From positions 672,001-736,000 of the forward strand of contig CM000434.1 of assembly GCA_000165345.1 (NCBI GenBank): a stretch of 64,000 bases of DNA, written 5' to 3'. The notes under the pieces are model-generated. The model was not told the origin of the DNA. It ran no database searches and saw nothing but the letters and a program-made list of their open reading frames with translations. Position numbers and translations under genes: made by a program. Below, piece after piece: positions 9,658-20,125 of this stretch (positions are counted from its first letter, which is position 1; the number at the start of each line of letters is the position of its first letter).

Positions 9658-12474
9658 ATGAGTTTCGAAGAAAGAATTTCAAGTGAAAATGGAGGAATCG
9701 AGATTTTGGGAGGTGCAAATCTTGTATGTGGGGTAACAGATTCTAGCCGTGGCTTAGTTTCTGTGTCAGACTTGAGTCCAAATCTCTCTGGAATAAAAGT
9801 TCAGTTTGGAGATCCCTCCCCTATTTGTGGAATTACTGGGCAGGATGCTTTGGGTGGCTTCCAATCTATCAACCAAAAGACCAAAAGCTCTGAGATAGGA
9901 ACAACTTTAAATGAATCTTTTCTGGTTTCAATTTCGGAGCTCAGATACATTGTTTTGATATGTATCCGATGGAGACTTCAAAATAGCTCCGAGCTGTCTT
10001 CAAACGTAAGTACAATCTTGGGAATTGGAACTGGAAGTTCAATCGCTCCAGTAGACTCCCCTTCAACATGTGGTGAGGAGTCTATAACTCCTTCCAAGGA
10101 GTATCTAGTATCTAATATCTTTCTCTACAGATCCTGTATTAGCGATTCTCATAGAGTGGAGCTAGAATTTCAGGTTGTTAGAGATATCTTGAGGCTTATA
10201 GACCCAACAGTTGAGTCTGGAGGCCGACATTTCTCTGGAAGGCTTGTCAATAGTGCCAACAGAAACATTATCAAGGAACTTGCTGGAGGGTTGGATTCCC
10301 AGGAGGCTAATGAAATGAGAAATGCTGAGAGTGTCTTGGGTTCTCAGTTCCTTCTGAGCAAGCTTCCATTTCCCAATTACGGGACTTTTCTTGGGAAGGA
10401 GACTGCTGAGTACACAATAGGTGATATAATCAACACTACAGAACATCCAACTGGACTAAACCTGGCCAATGTTGCCAGTACTCCCTCTATATTGGGAATT
10501 CTTCTCAAGTACTTTGATGTTTCCTGGCCGAGTCATATTTTTGAAAGTCTTCTTAAGAGTGATGTGGTTGGAGGCGGACTTCAGCAACAAGAAGACAATA
10601 TTAGTTCAACTGTCAAGGATTCTGGAGATGTTTCTCTTTCCTTGGGGTCTTTTACGCACGTTTTGGGCTTATGTAAGCCTTGTGTTTTTGTCAATAAGAC
10701 CAATAAGAAGTGTAGAAACGGTGTACATTGTTGTTTCTGCCATTTTCAGCATAAAGAAAGGAAGAGAGGCAAGAGGTATAAGTCTTCTGCTAACTGCTCC
10801 TCGACATCTAATTCCTGTAATAACTCTGGGGCTGGAACAGGAGTATGTTTGACTTCCTCTTCAGGGCAACCGAGCCATTCAGGGGCAAACAATTCTGGAG
10901 GTATTGCAAGTAATTATGAAGAACTTGGAGGAGGTATCGGGAATACCTCAGGATTTGGAGTCACATCAAATGGGGCCGGTATACTAAATGTTGAGGGCTT
11001 CTCCAAACAGGATATATCAGCTTTAGCTGAAGATTGTCTGCGGGTTTCCTCAATATCTCCAGCATCTATAAGAGGGCCCCACAACATATTTGGATCTAAT
11101 CGTTCTGAACTGTCTCAAGGGGCAGTGGGGCTTAGTTCTATTCAGCCTGCAGGTATGACAGCGGCTTCGGGATCACAATGTCTCCCAGATGTACTCTTCT
11201 CTCACCATGGATCCCAACAGCTCCAGAGGTACCCTTTGAAAGCTAATCAAGGCGCTAACAACCCTCTAACATCTTTCCAATCATCGGCCAGGAGCAATTC
11301 TGTCTTTGGAAAATCGTCTTGTCCTACAGGAAGTGAACAGCAACAGCAAATGCCAGTTAGATATCTTGTACCTCCTCCACCTCCACCTCCTTCCAAGACA
11401 TCAGGTGCTCTTCAAATATTTCAGAATGAAAAGGATGTCAATTTCCGAGATAACTCAAACCCTGTTGCAACATCGACTTCGGCAGGGTTTAACCAGCTCG
11501 GGACAAATTATCAGAAGGGTAGCTCTGACAAACATTCAATGAGGATTCCTGGATTAGTGTTGGATTCATGCCCATTCCAAAGCTCCCAAGGAGCTTCTCA
11601 GTCCTTTAATGACTCATTTTTTGGAGATTTTATTGGTTATAACAAATTGATCAATGAGGCTTCGGAGATGAATAACTGGATATCAGCCAATAACCCGGAG
11701 AACTCGTCTAATGCTATAAATCAAAACTCAAAGGTATATGGCTGCTTTCAGTGGCTCGATCAGCCAGAAATTGGTGAATCCATAGTCGATGCTTGGGGAG
11801 TAGGAAATACCTTTGACTCATTTATAAAGGGAAATGGTGCCAGTACCAGCCCTCAAAACTTGAATCAATGTCTTTATGATTCTCATTCATATTCTAAAGC
11901 TGCTCAAGATTGGACCTTTGCATCATCTATCATTAAGAATTCTTCAATAAACGCTTCCAATAGTGCTTCAGAGTCATCTTTTACTGTTAATAATCATAGC
12001 AACCTAGTAAATCCAAATTCTGCGTCTTCTCTACAGATCTCCACCAGCCAGCCCTCTTCCCAGAAGCTAAGAGAGTCTATTATCGGTTCACCATTAAACC
12101 TGGAGGCCAGCAGCATTAATTTCCATGACCAGGCTCAAACTCAATCTCAAGCCCAGGTTCAGAGTAGTCAGGCTTTACCTGAACTTGCTGAGGGAGTCCC
12201 AAATAGTCATAATGACTACTTTTTGAGCTCGCCTAGTGTATTTAATTCCAATGCTACAACCTCTTCACTCCCATCATCTCTTTCAGATAACAATAATATC
12301 AATAACGGCTCTTTCATTATGCCAAGTGGAAGTGTCGTTCCTCCATTTTTAAGAGGTAACCAGGGAGCTGGAGTTTCTTCTGAATACTCTGACTGTTCTC
12401 CTTTATCCTTTTTAACAGGAGGAGGAGCAACTAACTTTGGGATGGATTTCTGTTTCCTTAACTCATGGAAGTAG
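9658..12474 (+). CDS. Low-complexity Ser/Asn/Gln-rich protein, 938 aa, with a single CCCH-type zinc finger.
   Basis: The ORF contains CKPCVFVNKTNKKCRNGVHCCFCH, which fits C-x9-C-x5-C-x3-H. It also has a poly-Pro run (PPPPPPPS). A purine-rich leader about 900 bp long lies upstream. Confidence 0.65.
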   Translation: MSFEERISSENGGIEILGGANLVCGVTDSSRGLVSVSDLSPNLSGIKVQFGDPSPICGITGQDALGGFQSINQKTKSSEIGTTLNESFLVSISELRYIVLICIRWRLQNSSELSSNVSTILGIGTGSSIAPVDSPSTCGEESITPSKEYLVSNIFLYRSCISDSHRVELEFQVVRDILRLIDPTVESGGRHFSGRLVNSANRNIIKELAGGLDSQEANEMRNAESVLGSQFLLSKLPFPNYGTFLGKETAEYTIGDIINTTEHPTGLNLANVASTPSILGILLKYFDVSWPSHIFESLLKSDVVGGGLQQQEDNISSTVKDSGDVSLSLGSFTHVLGLCKPCVFVNKTNKKCRNGVHCCFCHFQHKERKRGKRYKSSANCSSTSNSCNNSGAGTGVCLTSSSGQPSHSGANNSGGIASNYEELGGGIGNTSGFGVTSNGAGILNVEGFSKQDISALAEDCLRVSSISPASIRGPHNIFGSNRSELSQGAVGLSSIQPAGMTAASGSQCLPDVLFSHHGSQQLQRYPLKANQGANNPLTSFQSSARSNSVFGKSSCPTGSEQQQQMPVRYLVPPPPPPPSKTSGALQIFQNEKDVNFRDNSNPVATSTSAGFNQLGTNYQKGSSDKHSMRIPGLVLDSCPFQSSQGASQSFNDSFFGDFIGYNKLINEASEMNNWISANNPENSSNAINQNSKVYGCFQWLDQPEIGESIVDAWGVGNTFDSFIKGNGASTSPQNLNQCLYDSHSYSKAAQDWTFASSIIKNSSINASNSASESSFTVNNHSNLVNPNSASSLQISTSQPSSQKLRESIIGSPLNLEASSINFHDQAQTQSQAQVQSSQALPELAEGVPNSHNDYFLSSPSVFNSNATTSSLPSSLSDNNNINNGSFIMPSGSVVPPFLRGNQGAGVSSEYSDCSPLSFLTGGGATNFGMDFCFLNSWK

Positions 12475-12847
12475 GAGAGGGGTGCACCGATAATGCGACT
12501 AAGGGTTTGACACAAACATGTCGTGGATACCTAACTCCAGAATGTGCATCTTATCTGCCTAGTTCTTTAAAATAAGATGATGGGATTTCTAAAAGAGAGA
12601 TAATAAAAGATCAAAGATGTAATGTTATCAGGAAAGTGGAAAAGAAGAGACTCCATGAGAGAAATAGCGGAGGAAAAGTAGAGTAAGACATGCCAGAGAA
12701 GTTGTAGGTAACGTAAATAGTGTTTTGTCTGAAATTTCGGTTAGAATGTTGACTAATGAGACAAATTGTTTTCTCTGCATAGATTAATGTGGATATCAGT
12801 ATAACGATATTCTAGTCATGAAATAATAATTGTTAATAATCCGAGTT

Positions 12848-13588
12848 CTATTCCTTCTTTCTACGTTTTTCCTCCTCTTCTTGTTGTTTTCTGATTAGAA
12901 TGACTACAATCTTAGTAAAGAGGTTGACAGCATCAAGGTAAAGCTGAATAGAGTGAAGAAGGAAATCTCTTTCACCATATGCAATAGCTTCAAGAGTCTT
13001 TTGGGTATCGTAGTAAATATAAAATGAGTAAACCATAACAAAAGCATAGGATAAAAGTGAATCAACAAATTTGGATCTTGTGAAGATATTAAAGAATGAT
13101 ACAAGTCCAAGATATGCAATAGTTGTGAAAATAAAAGAAGTAGTATATAGAGAAAGTCTCTTCTTAGTGAATAAAACTCCAAAAGATAGCGAAATAAAGA
13201 TAATACATGTGGTTGCAAGAGCTGTGGGAATGATAACAGGATTAACAAAGTTACTAAATAGAATCAAAGGTCCAAGTCCATTACCAATTACAAAGCATAG
13301 TAACAAATAGGCTGCTAAACGTTTAATGGAAATAGAGCTCTTATTAGATGATGATGCTGTCAAATAGAATGTGACACCAATTCCAGCCAAAAGACCAACA
13401 AATGAGTTGATTCTTAACATTCCATTAATAAATGCAGTCACCCCAAATACTGTCATAAATGAACCAGCAATAATAGAGGAGTACATTTTTAACAAGTGGG
13501 TTTGCTGAATTGAAGTCAGATCTGATGAATTAAAGAAGTTTCCACTGAACTGGGACTTTCTTGAATTAGTTGCAAAGAATGATTCCAT
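12848..13588 (-). CDS. BI-1: Bax inhibitor-1 / TMBIM family membrane protein, 246 aa, seven predicted TM segments.
   Basis: It aligns by eye along its whole length with BI-1: QQHLLKMYSS, GLGP, NPVIIPTA, DTQKTLEAIAYGERDFLLHSIQLYLDAVNLF, and a basic KKE tail. Confidence 0.85.
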   Translation of the reverse strand: MESFFATNSRKSQFSGNFFNSSDLTSIQQTHLLKMYSSIIAGSFMTVFGVTAFINGMLRINSFVGLLAGIGVTFYLTASSSNKSSISIKRLAAYLLLCFVIGNGLGPLILFSNFVNPVIIPTALATTCIIFISLSFGVLFTKKRLSLYTTSFIFTTIAYLGLVSFFNIFTRSKFVDSLLSYAFVMVYSFYIYYDTQKTLEAIAYGERDFLLHSIQLYLDAVNLFTKIVVILIRKQQEEEEKRRKKE

Positions 13589-13824
13589 TTTTTTTTAATT
13601 TTAATTGAATCTTAGTCAATTCGAGTTGTGTGTTTGAATTTACAAAATCTAATAGAGGTTGTTCGCTATAATAAGGATAAACGACTGTATGCCTTTGTTC
13701 CTTCGCAAATTTTCTTTCTGTTTACAATTTAAAGGCAATAATTAAATAAAAATCCAACTTTCTTTGTCAGATCTTTCTTTCTTTTTGTTTTACCCTGAAT
13801 CCTGGCATTTCTTAATTTTGTTTA

Positions 13825-13834
13825 ATACCGGTAT
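13825..13834. promoter_or_regulatory. Palindromic ATACCGGTAT element, 237 bp upstream of the BI-1 ATG.
   Basis: Exact 10-bp palindrome. It belongs to a family seen at 24730, 57960, 36661, 29274 and 48841. Confidence 0.35.
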
Positions 13835-14079
13835 GTGAGCGTCTTGTCTACTGACTTTTAAAAATATTTATTAATGGCAGGAAAGAAATGGAATTTTGTT
13901 ATTGGGCGGGAATTGTTGGAAGTGGTGGGAAAATTGGTGTGTTAGGTATGAATTACGTGTTTGAGCGGCAATTTCATGCAAGTTAGGGTTGGATGGGGGG
14001 ACTAGAGGGAAGAGGGTGCGAATATGCAGTGGTTGTAGCAATACAGTGCATGCATGTGTTTACAATGAACATGTAGGGA

Positions 14080-14200
<121 letters not shown>

Positions 14201-14258
14201 TTAAGGATAAAAAGCTAATATAGCAGTTATTTTCAAGAGTTCAAGTATTGATGAACAA

Positions 14259-15389
14259 TTACTTGGTGACTTTGAATGACTGAACAAGCTGTAAAAGCTC
14301 TTTGGCCCTAGGGTCAGTATTAAAATGGTCACGAATTGGTTGTAGCATAAGGTTCAAAGCGTCAGAAAGACCTTTTTTCAAATCACCAGGGTGAAGATCG
14401 CCACTAAGATAAGCCTTATGGAAATCTTCTTTATTGGTAAAGGTGATATCACCACCATACTCTTCTTTTCTAGAAACATGGAAATGACCGAATTTGGGGA
14501 ATACTAGAGTATTAATATATTCAATGCATGGATTTCCTTCAATAATGCCTGGAGGACAGAAAGCCTTTTTAATTTTTTTAACAACAGCTTCAGGAGTATC
14601 TTCAACAAATATTGCAGAAGAAGTGTCAGATTTTGACATTTTTTCTTGTCCTTCAAGTAACCCAGGAAGCATCTTATGGGAAAGGATTACAGGTTTATGT
14701 TTGATTCCAGCTGCATCACAGTATTCTCTAGCAAGCATGTTAACTTTTCTTTGATCCATACCTAACTGGCAAATATCTGCCTTGAGTTGGAATATATCAG
14801 CACATTGCATGCATGGATAAAATACTGAAGCACACGGTTGTTCATCATTTTCTTGTCTTCCCATAATTTGGCAACATCTTTTAATTCTAGTAATATTAAA
14901 CTTTCTAGAAATATCAAAAACTCTTAACCAATACTCATTAGAATCTTCCCCATTAATAAAATCAGATGCCCAAACAAATCTTACATTTGTCATATCCATT
15001 CCTGCAGCCTTCCATATGTGAACGAAATATTCACCAACAATCTTAATTTTTTCAAGATCACCACCCATCTTATTATTGAGCAGAGCAAACCAATCTGCTA
15101 CGTAGAATACAAAAACGCATCCGCATTCAGTTAACTTATTTACATTAATAGTCTTTAATATACATTGAGCAATATGCATTCTTCCTGAAGGTTCAAATCC
15201 ATCATAACAAATTGGATGTTCTTTTCTCTTTAATAATTCCAACAATTCTGCTTCTTGAATACATTCTTCACCAACTGATAAACATAACTTATGTCTTTCC
15301 TCCAAAGTTAACTTTGATCTTTTCAATGGCTCTTCACTTCCTTTCAAAATGTATTTGGGGATAGTTTCAGTACAACTATTAGATGACAT
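14259..15389 (-). CDS. TyrRS: Tyrosyl-tRNA synthetase, class I, eukaryotic/archaeal type.
   Basis: PSGRMHIAQ corresponds to the HIGH region, and the KMSKS motif is present. The C-terminal KKAFCPPG...GDLHPGDLK...LQPIRDHFNT lines up with human YARS KKAFCEPG...VVHPGDLK...LDPIREKFNT. Confidence 0.9.
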   Translation of the reverse strand: MSSNSCTETIPKYILKGSEEPLKRSKLTLEERHKLCLSVGEECIQEAELLELLKRKEHPICYDGFEPSGRMHIAQCILKTINVNKLTECGCVFVFYVADWFALLNNKMGGDLEKIKIVGEYFVHIWKAAGMDMTNVRFVWASDFINGEDSNEYWLRVFDISRKFNITRIKRCCQIMGRQENDEQPCASVFYPCMQCADIFQLKADICQLGMDQRKVNMLAREYCDAAGIKHKPVILSHKMLPGLLEGQEKMSKSDTSSAIFVEDTPEAVVKKIKKAFCPPGIIEGNPCIEYINTLVFPKFGHFHVSRKEEYGGDITFTNKEDFHKAYLSGDLHPGDLKKGLSDALNLMLQPIRDHFNTDPRAKELLQLVQSFKVTK

Positions 15390-16070
15390 ATTTCCAACAA
15401 GTTCTTTATGAGAAGTTTATTTTTCTTTTTCTTGAAGAATCTTTCTCCCTTTAAACCTCTTTTTCAGTCCTAAATGATCTTTTCCAGTCTAAACTATTTA
15501 AAAGAACTTTGAGCGCCAAAGACACACTAATTATTTGCCCTATAATAACTTGAGTCATGAATTCAGAACTTCTAGAATTACTTTTTTTGGCATATTTCCT
15601 CCTTTAAGTCGTTCAAAGTGTGTTTTAGTACACTCTAAAGCTATGAGTAGTGTTTATAGGAAGGAAAAAGAAGGAAAAATGGTAAAATTTGTTAGCATGT
15701 AATATTTAAATTCTAAAAATTAAAGATATAATCGAAGTAACTAGAGCCTAAAGATAGAAACAAATAAATAATTTAAAATTTAGATAACTATTTAGATTGC
15801 AAAATGCGAATTATGAATATTTATTTTAAAAAAAGAAAATAAAGTCAAAAAGAAAAGCAGTAATTTCCCACTGCGTATTTTCATTCATTTTTACATTATT
15901 ATATACCAGCATGAGACGAAATGAGCGGGAAAATCTCCGGGCCATAAAATACTAAAATAAATTGAAGGAAAAGAATCAATTTGAAGGAGGAAGAAGGAAG
16001 AGCAAATCTTCTCAATGAATTAGTTCAAGTATAATGGAAATAGTATTAAATCACTTAATACATACAGGCA

Positions 16071-16958
16071 ATGCAAAAGTCATTGTCTATACATAAGCAT
16101 AAGATGGTGTTAAAGTTATTATTAACATCACTTTTGGGATTATTAAATATTATTGTGTGGGCCAATGGAGAAGAGCGAGAACCATTTTGTTTGGAGATTT
16201 ACGACAATAAAAATGATGAAAAGCATCTCCCATACTATTTCTTGAACGAGTTCCCAATCTGTAAAGAGCATGAAAGACGAACTTGCTGTAAAAAAAGTCA
16301 TTCTGAGGCAATTTCAAGACTTTTCTCAACATTAGTAGCAAGATCATCCCTTTCTACCAGATGTTCAAACTTTTACCAAAAGTCTTTATGTTCATACTGT
16401 GATGCAGATATAGGTGTTGGAAAAAAAGTTATACAGAAATCCCCAATCCTTTGTCAATCTTACTGTAACCTATGGTATGATGCTTGCTACGAAGATTACT
16501 TTGATAATATACAAAACTCCTATATACGAAATATTGAAGATATATCTTTTATTCGATTAAATCTTATTCCCTGTACGGATTCATCAGCTATTTGTTCCCC
16601 TTTACATGCAATTACATTAGACCCTACAGAGTTTTGTTCCTTAAATGGGTTCTCCACTCATCAAGATTTTCATTCATCATCAGGGCCTGCAAGTCTCACT
16701 GAGTACAATACAGAATGTTTTAATGGTATTCCGGCAGCTTCGGTTCTTAAACCTGGAATTAGACAAAAGACCCAAAGTTACAAATATAAAAGATCGCAGT
16801 ATAGTAAAAAGCCAAAGGCTAAAAACAAATTTTATCAAATTATTCAGGATCATATTAACGTTTTCTTGGAAAACGTTAAGGTTCCTTTACCTGTTATTGT
16901 CTTTATTTCTATCATTTCGATTTGGATTATTAACCAAGTCATAAACTTTTTTATCTAG
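16071..16958 (+). CDS. Secreted Cys-rich protein with a folate-receptor-like (Folate_rec/Juno fold) domain and a C-terminal hydrophobic tail, which is a candidate GPI signal.
   Basis: N-terminal signal peptide (MVLKLLLTSLLGLLNIIVWA). The Cys pattern is RTCCKKS ... RCSNFYQKSLCSYCD ... LCQSYCNLWYDAC, against human FOLR1 NACCSTN ... HCGEMAPACKRHF ... LCKEDCEQWWEDC. It ends in LPVIVFISIISIWIINQVINFFI. Confidence 0.55.
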   Translation: MQKSLSIHKHKMVLKLLLTSLLGLLNIIVWANGEEREPFCLEIYDNKNDEKHLPYYFLNEFPICKEHERRTCCKKSHSEAISRLFSTLVARSSLSTRCSNFYQKSLCSYCDADIGVGKKVIQKSPILCQSYCNLWYDACYEDYFDNIQNSYIRNIEDISFIRLNLIPCTDSSAICSPLHAITLDPTEFCSLNGFSTHQDFHSSSGPASLTEYNTECFNGIPAASVLKPGIRQKTQSYKYKRSQYSKKPKAKNKFYQIIQDHINVFLENVKVPLPVIVFISIISIWIINQVINFFI

Positions 16959-17606
16959 CTTTATACTTAAGCCCGTATACATTTAGAAAATTCCCATTAT
17001 ATATCTTTATTTATCTAATCTTTCTCATTTATTTATTTCTTGACTTCTATAGGTTTACTTTGAATAATTCAATCCTCCGATATATTTCTACGCCACGCAA
17101 TTTGGCGGTAAGAACATGCACGCATGCACTTGCAAATTTTGCAAACGGTAATATTTTCTATGTATACAAATGGTACAAATAGAAAAGTGAGTAACCTGTT
17201 GAGATATATTTGAATTAAAATATTTGAGGTCGAGAATAGAGTTTTATCTGGAAATTTAATATTTTGAGCAACAGTTTACTAAATGTTTTATGTTGGTTTT
17301 CACATTCCTAAAGCGGTAATTTTATAATTTCCAGTGAGAATGCTCAGAAATGGATGCTGTGGTATGTGGGGAGGGAATGACGAAAAGCTTAAGGGAATAT
17401 ATGCAAAAGACAATACATATATTTCGAAAAAAAATAATTATAATTAAATGTAAAGGTATCAATATAATAACATGTAACGGTAAATTATTGCCATTTTTAA
17501 GTAAACAAACTTCTCTATTTTCAATACCTAAATTTAAACCATAAATCCATGTAATTATAGGGATTGCTTATGATAAAAACGTTAATCACTATAAAACATA
17601 ACAAGG

Positions 17607-18389
17607 ATGAAAGATATTAAAAAAGTCGCTGAAACCATTAAATTATTGGTTGCATATAGGGAAAAAAGTGTGAGAATATTTGGGGATGGACTTGACTTAA
17701 GAGCTCCAATTCAGCCATTATTTCCAACCAAAGCTGAGAACATTTCTGGAACAGAGAATTCTATATCCAGATCAAGCTTAGAATCAAGGACCATTACAAC
17801 TGATGCTGCTGATTTGTTGAATGAGCTTGCAGCAATGCACTACGAATGGGCATTGGATAACTATGCAAAGGTAAGAACTAGAGACCATCAGGAACAGCAG
17901 AAAAAATGCTCAGCTATCCAAAAGGAGGAAATAGCAGCTCCAAGCCCATATTTGAGCTACTTATCTAGCCAATACGATGGAATTGACAGTCCAATCGTGG
18001 GTGAGATACTTGAAAATAAGCACGGATATATTGTAATGGAATGTATTCTACTACTACTTAACCAAAACAATTCTATTGAGTATGGTACAGAGCATTTTAA
18101 AAAGTATGCAAGTTTAATGCTTCTTTTAAGTGATATACTTAGATGCATGAAGAGACAAAAATCTTTGCATTGCGATACAATGGACTTCCATGTACTAGTG
18201 GATATTTTATTCAGAGAAATGGTTATCATGAGAGACTCTGGTTTTGCACTATTCGAGTACGTTTCATGCCTAAATATAGTTATCAAATGTATTGCTTCAA
18301 CAAAGGAAAAGTATAGATGGGGTGAGGCTACTTCCCTTCTTTCAGTTACAGAATCTCTGATTGAAGGGTTTGGGGTTTCATCTCAATGA
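17607..18389 (+). CDS. Hypothetical protein, 260 aa.
   Basis: ORF with ATG at 17607. TTTGGCGG and GCATGCA boxes lie about 500 bp upstream, at 17101-17130. Confidence 0.5.
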   Translation: MKDIKKVAETIKLLVAYREKSVRIFGDGLDLRAPIQPLFPTKAENISGTENSISRSSLESRTITTDAADLLNELAAMHYEWALDNYAKVRTRDHQEQQKKCSAIQKEEIAAPSPYLSYLSSQYDGIDSPIVGEILENKHGYIVMECILLLLNQNNSIEYGTEHFKKYASLMLLLSDILRCMKRQKSLHCDTMDFHVLVDILFREMVIMRDSGFALFEYVSCLNIVIKCIASTKEKYRWGEATSLLSVTESLIEGFGVSSQ

Positions 18390-18528
18390 GTAGTTTGGAA
18401 TTGTACAAGAAAATTACTGGCAAATTTTTTTTACGTCATAAAAATGCCCATAGCATTTAAACAAATTGTTTAATTACTATCACAAATGTTCCCGCCAATG
18501 CTCACAGAATATATTTAAAATTTGGTAA

Positions 18529-19465
18529 ATGGTAAATAATTTGATTTGGAGGATCAGCAGGCCAATCTCCTCGAGAGTTTTCTCTGCCATACCATATTTT
18601 AGTAAGAGAACGCTTTTTCTGTCTTTTAAACGCTTCTTTCACTCAGATCCAGAACTATGGACCAAAGATGTTCATCCGAAGATGTAAGTTAATCTATTCT
18701 AGACTTAAGAAATTATAATTAAAGTTCAACTTTTTAATTCACCATTAATTGGATCCTTAGAGAACTTTCGTTTATATTGAGAGATGGTGAGAAGAAAGTT
18801 TTTAATGTAAGTTTAGAGATCTATATCTTTTATAAATACTTTAACCATTTAACTTTGCTATAACTCAGGCTCCAAAGAATATTTCTTTACTAGAAGCTGC
18901 TCAGCATGAAGAACTAGACATAGAAGGAGCATGCGAAGCATCTTTAGCATGTAGCACATGTCATGTCATTTTGGACAAAGTAAGTTTATTGAATAGATTA
19001 ACTGGGGACGAGGAAAAAAAAAGGAAACGGAACAAACTATCGGTCTAATTTCGATGTGAAGTTCCAAATAAATAACATAAAGATCTTCCTAATATAAAGA
19101 CCCAAAAATTCACAATTCATTTGCAAAAGGGGGATAACTATAAAAGCAAACATCTATTCTTCCTCAGATGCGCACAAACTAGAACTTGTCCATGAGACTT
19201 GCATCTTAACTTTGTGCTCTCATACCCTTAAAGGCCTCGCACTTATCCTTATTTTTCACTCTTTAATCCATAGGAAATTTATGATGAACTAGAACCGCCA
19301 TCAGAGAGAGAAGAGGATATGCTGGATATGGCACCGCAAGTTTGCGAAACTTCAAGATTAGCATGTCAAATCAAAGTCGACGAAAGACTGACAAAGGGTA
19401 ACATTCATCTTCCTAACATGACACGAAATTTCTATGTCGATGGATTTAAACCATCACCACACTAA
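18529..19465 (+). CDS. Adrenodoxin-type [2Fe-2S] ferredoxin with an N-terminal presequence. Four exons: 18529-18683, 18761-18806, 18869-18979 and 19274-19465.
   Basis: Spliced by hand at GTAAGT donors (18684, 18807, 18980) and AG acceptors (18759/60, 18867/68, 19272/73). The phases close to give ...ELSFILRDGEKKVFN/APKNISLLEAAQHEELDIEGACEASLACSTCHVILDK/EIYDELEPPSEREEDMLDMAPQVCETSRLACQIKVDERL...NMT, matching the adrenodoxin ACEGTLACSTCH...DMLDLA...RLGCQI motifs. A TAA stop precedes the ATG at 18529. Confidence 0.7.
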
Positions 19466-19486
19466 GGCGGGAAGTTTTGGCGCCGA
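19465..19486. promoter_or_regulatory. Pair of E2F-like boxes (AAGGCGGGAAG and TTTTGGCGCC) abutting the ferredoxin stop codon, about 640 bp upstream of PABP.
   Basis: Read directly: actaaggcgggaagttttggcgccgag. Confidence 0.4.
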
Positions 19487-20125
19487 GCCACTTTGTATGC
19501 CGATACTTTTCCGTCTCTAATATATTTGGGAAGTTTAAGGTCGTGAAGAAAGAAAGGTTAGGAATAAAGATTATTTAATTACATAAGATCCCGCAAGGTA
19601 GACACGTATCCAAAGTAAATTTTAAGTCAGATTTGACAGGCAAGTATATTGTAAATAATGGTATTTGCGGATAACAATGACTTGTAAATCCACTAATACA
19701 GGCCCAGTTAATTTGGCGCTAAATGGTTAATTAGATTTAGTGAATTAATCAGAATGATTACGTCTAAAATAAGTGGAGCGTTATACGTAAAATGATTTAA
19801 GCACTATAAAGTAATTGAAATTAAAGTAAGAATAAGTAACGATGCACCAACGGCGACAGGAAAATATGTCCAGTAGAAATGAAGGTAATAAATGAATAGT
19901 ATTTTAATAGTATGATAATAAGGTCTAATGAGGTAATAGAGAGAAAAGGCTCCAGTCAAGAATAACATTGTAAATTTAAAGAAAAAATTCAAAAGGCTGT
20001 TTTTAGTCAAAAAAAAAAAAAAATAAAAAAAAGACCATTGGTTGCAATTATAGTGACAAAGGGTCGCCCTATAGTTCTAGCCAAACAAATACATCAGATT
20101 TTTGTGAAGAAGGCCTATTGGAAAG

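Noticed and set aside
12216-13310. ORFs 12216-12515(-), 12904-13248(-) and 13071-13310(+) around the BI-1 gene
   Set aside because: They overlap the convincingly homologous BI-1 reading frame or its 3' flank in other frames, with no features of their own.
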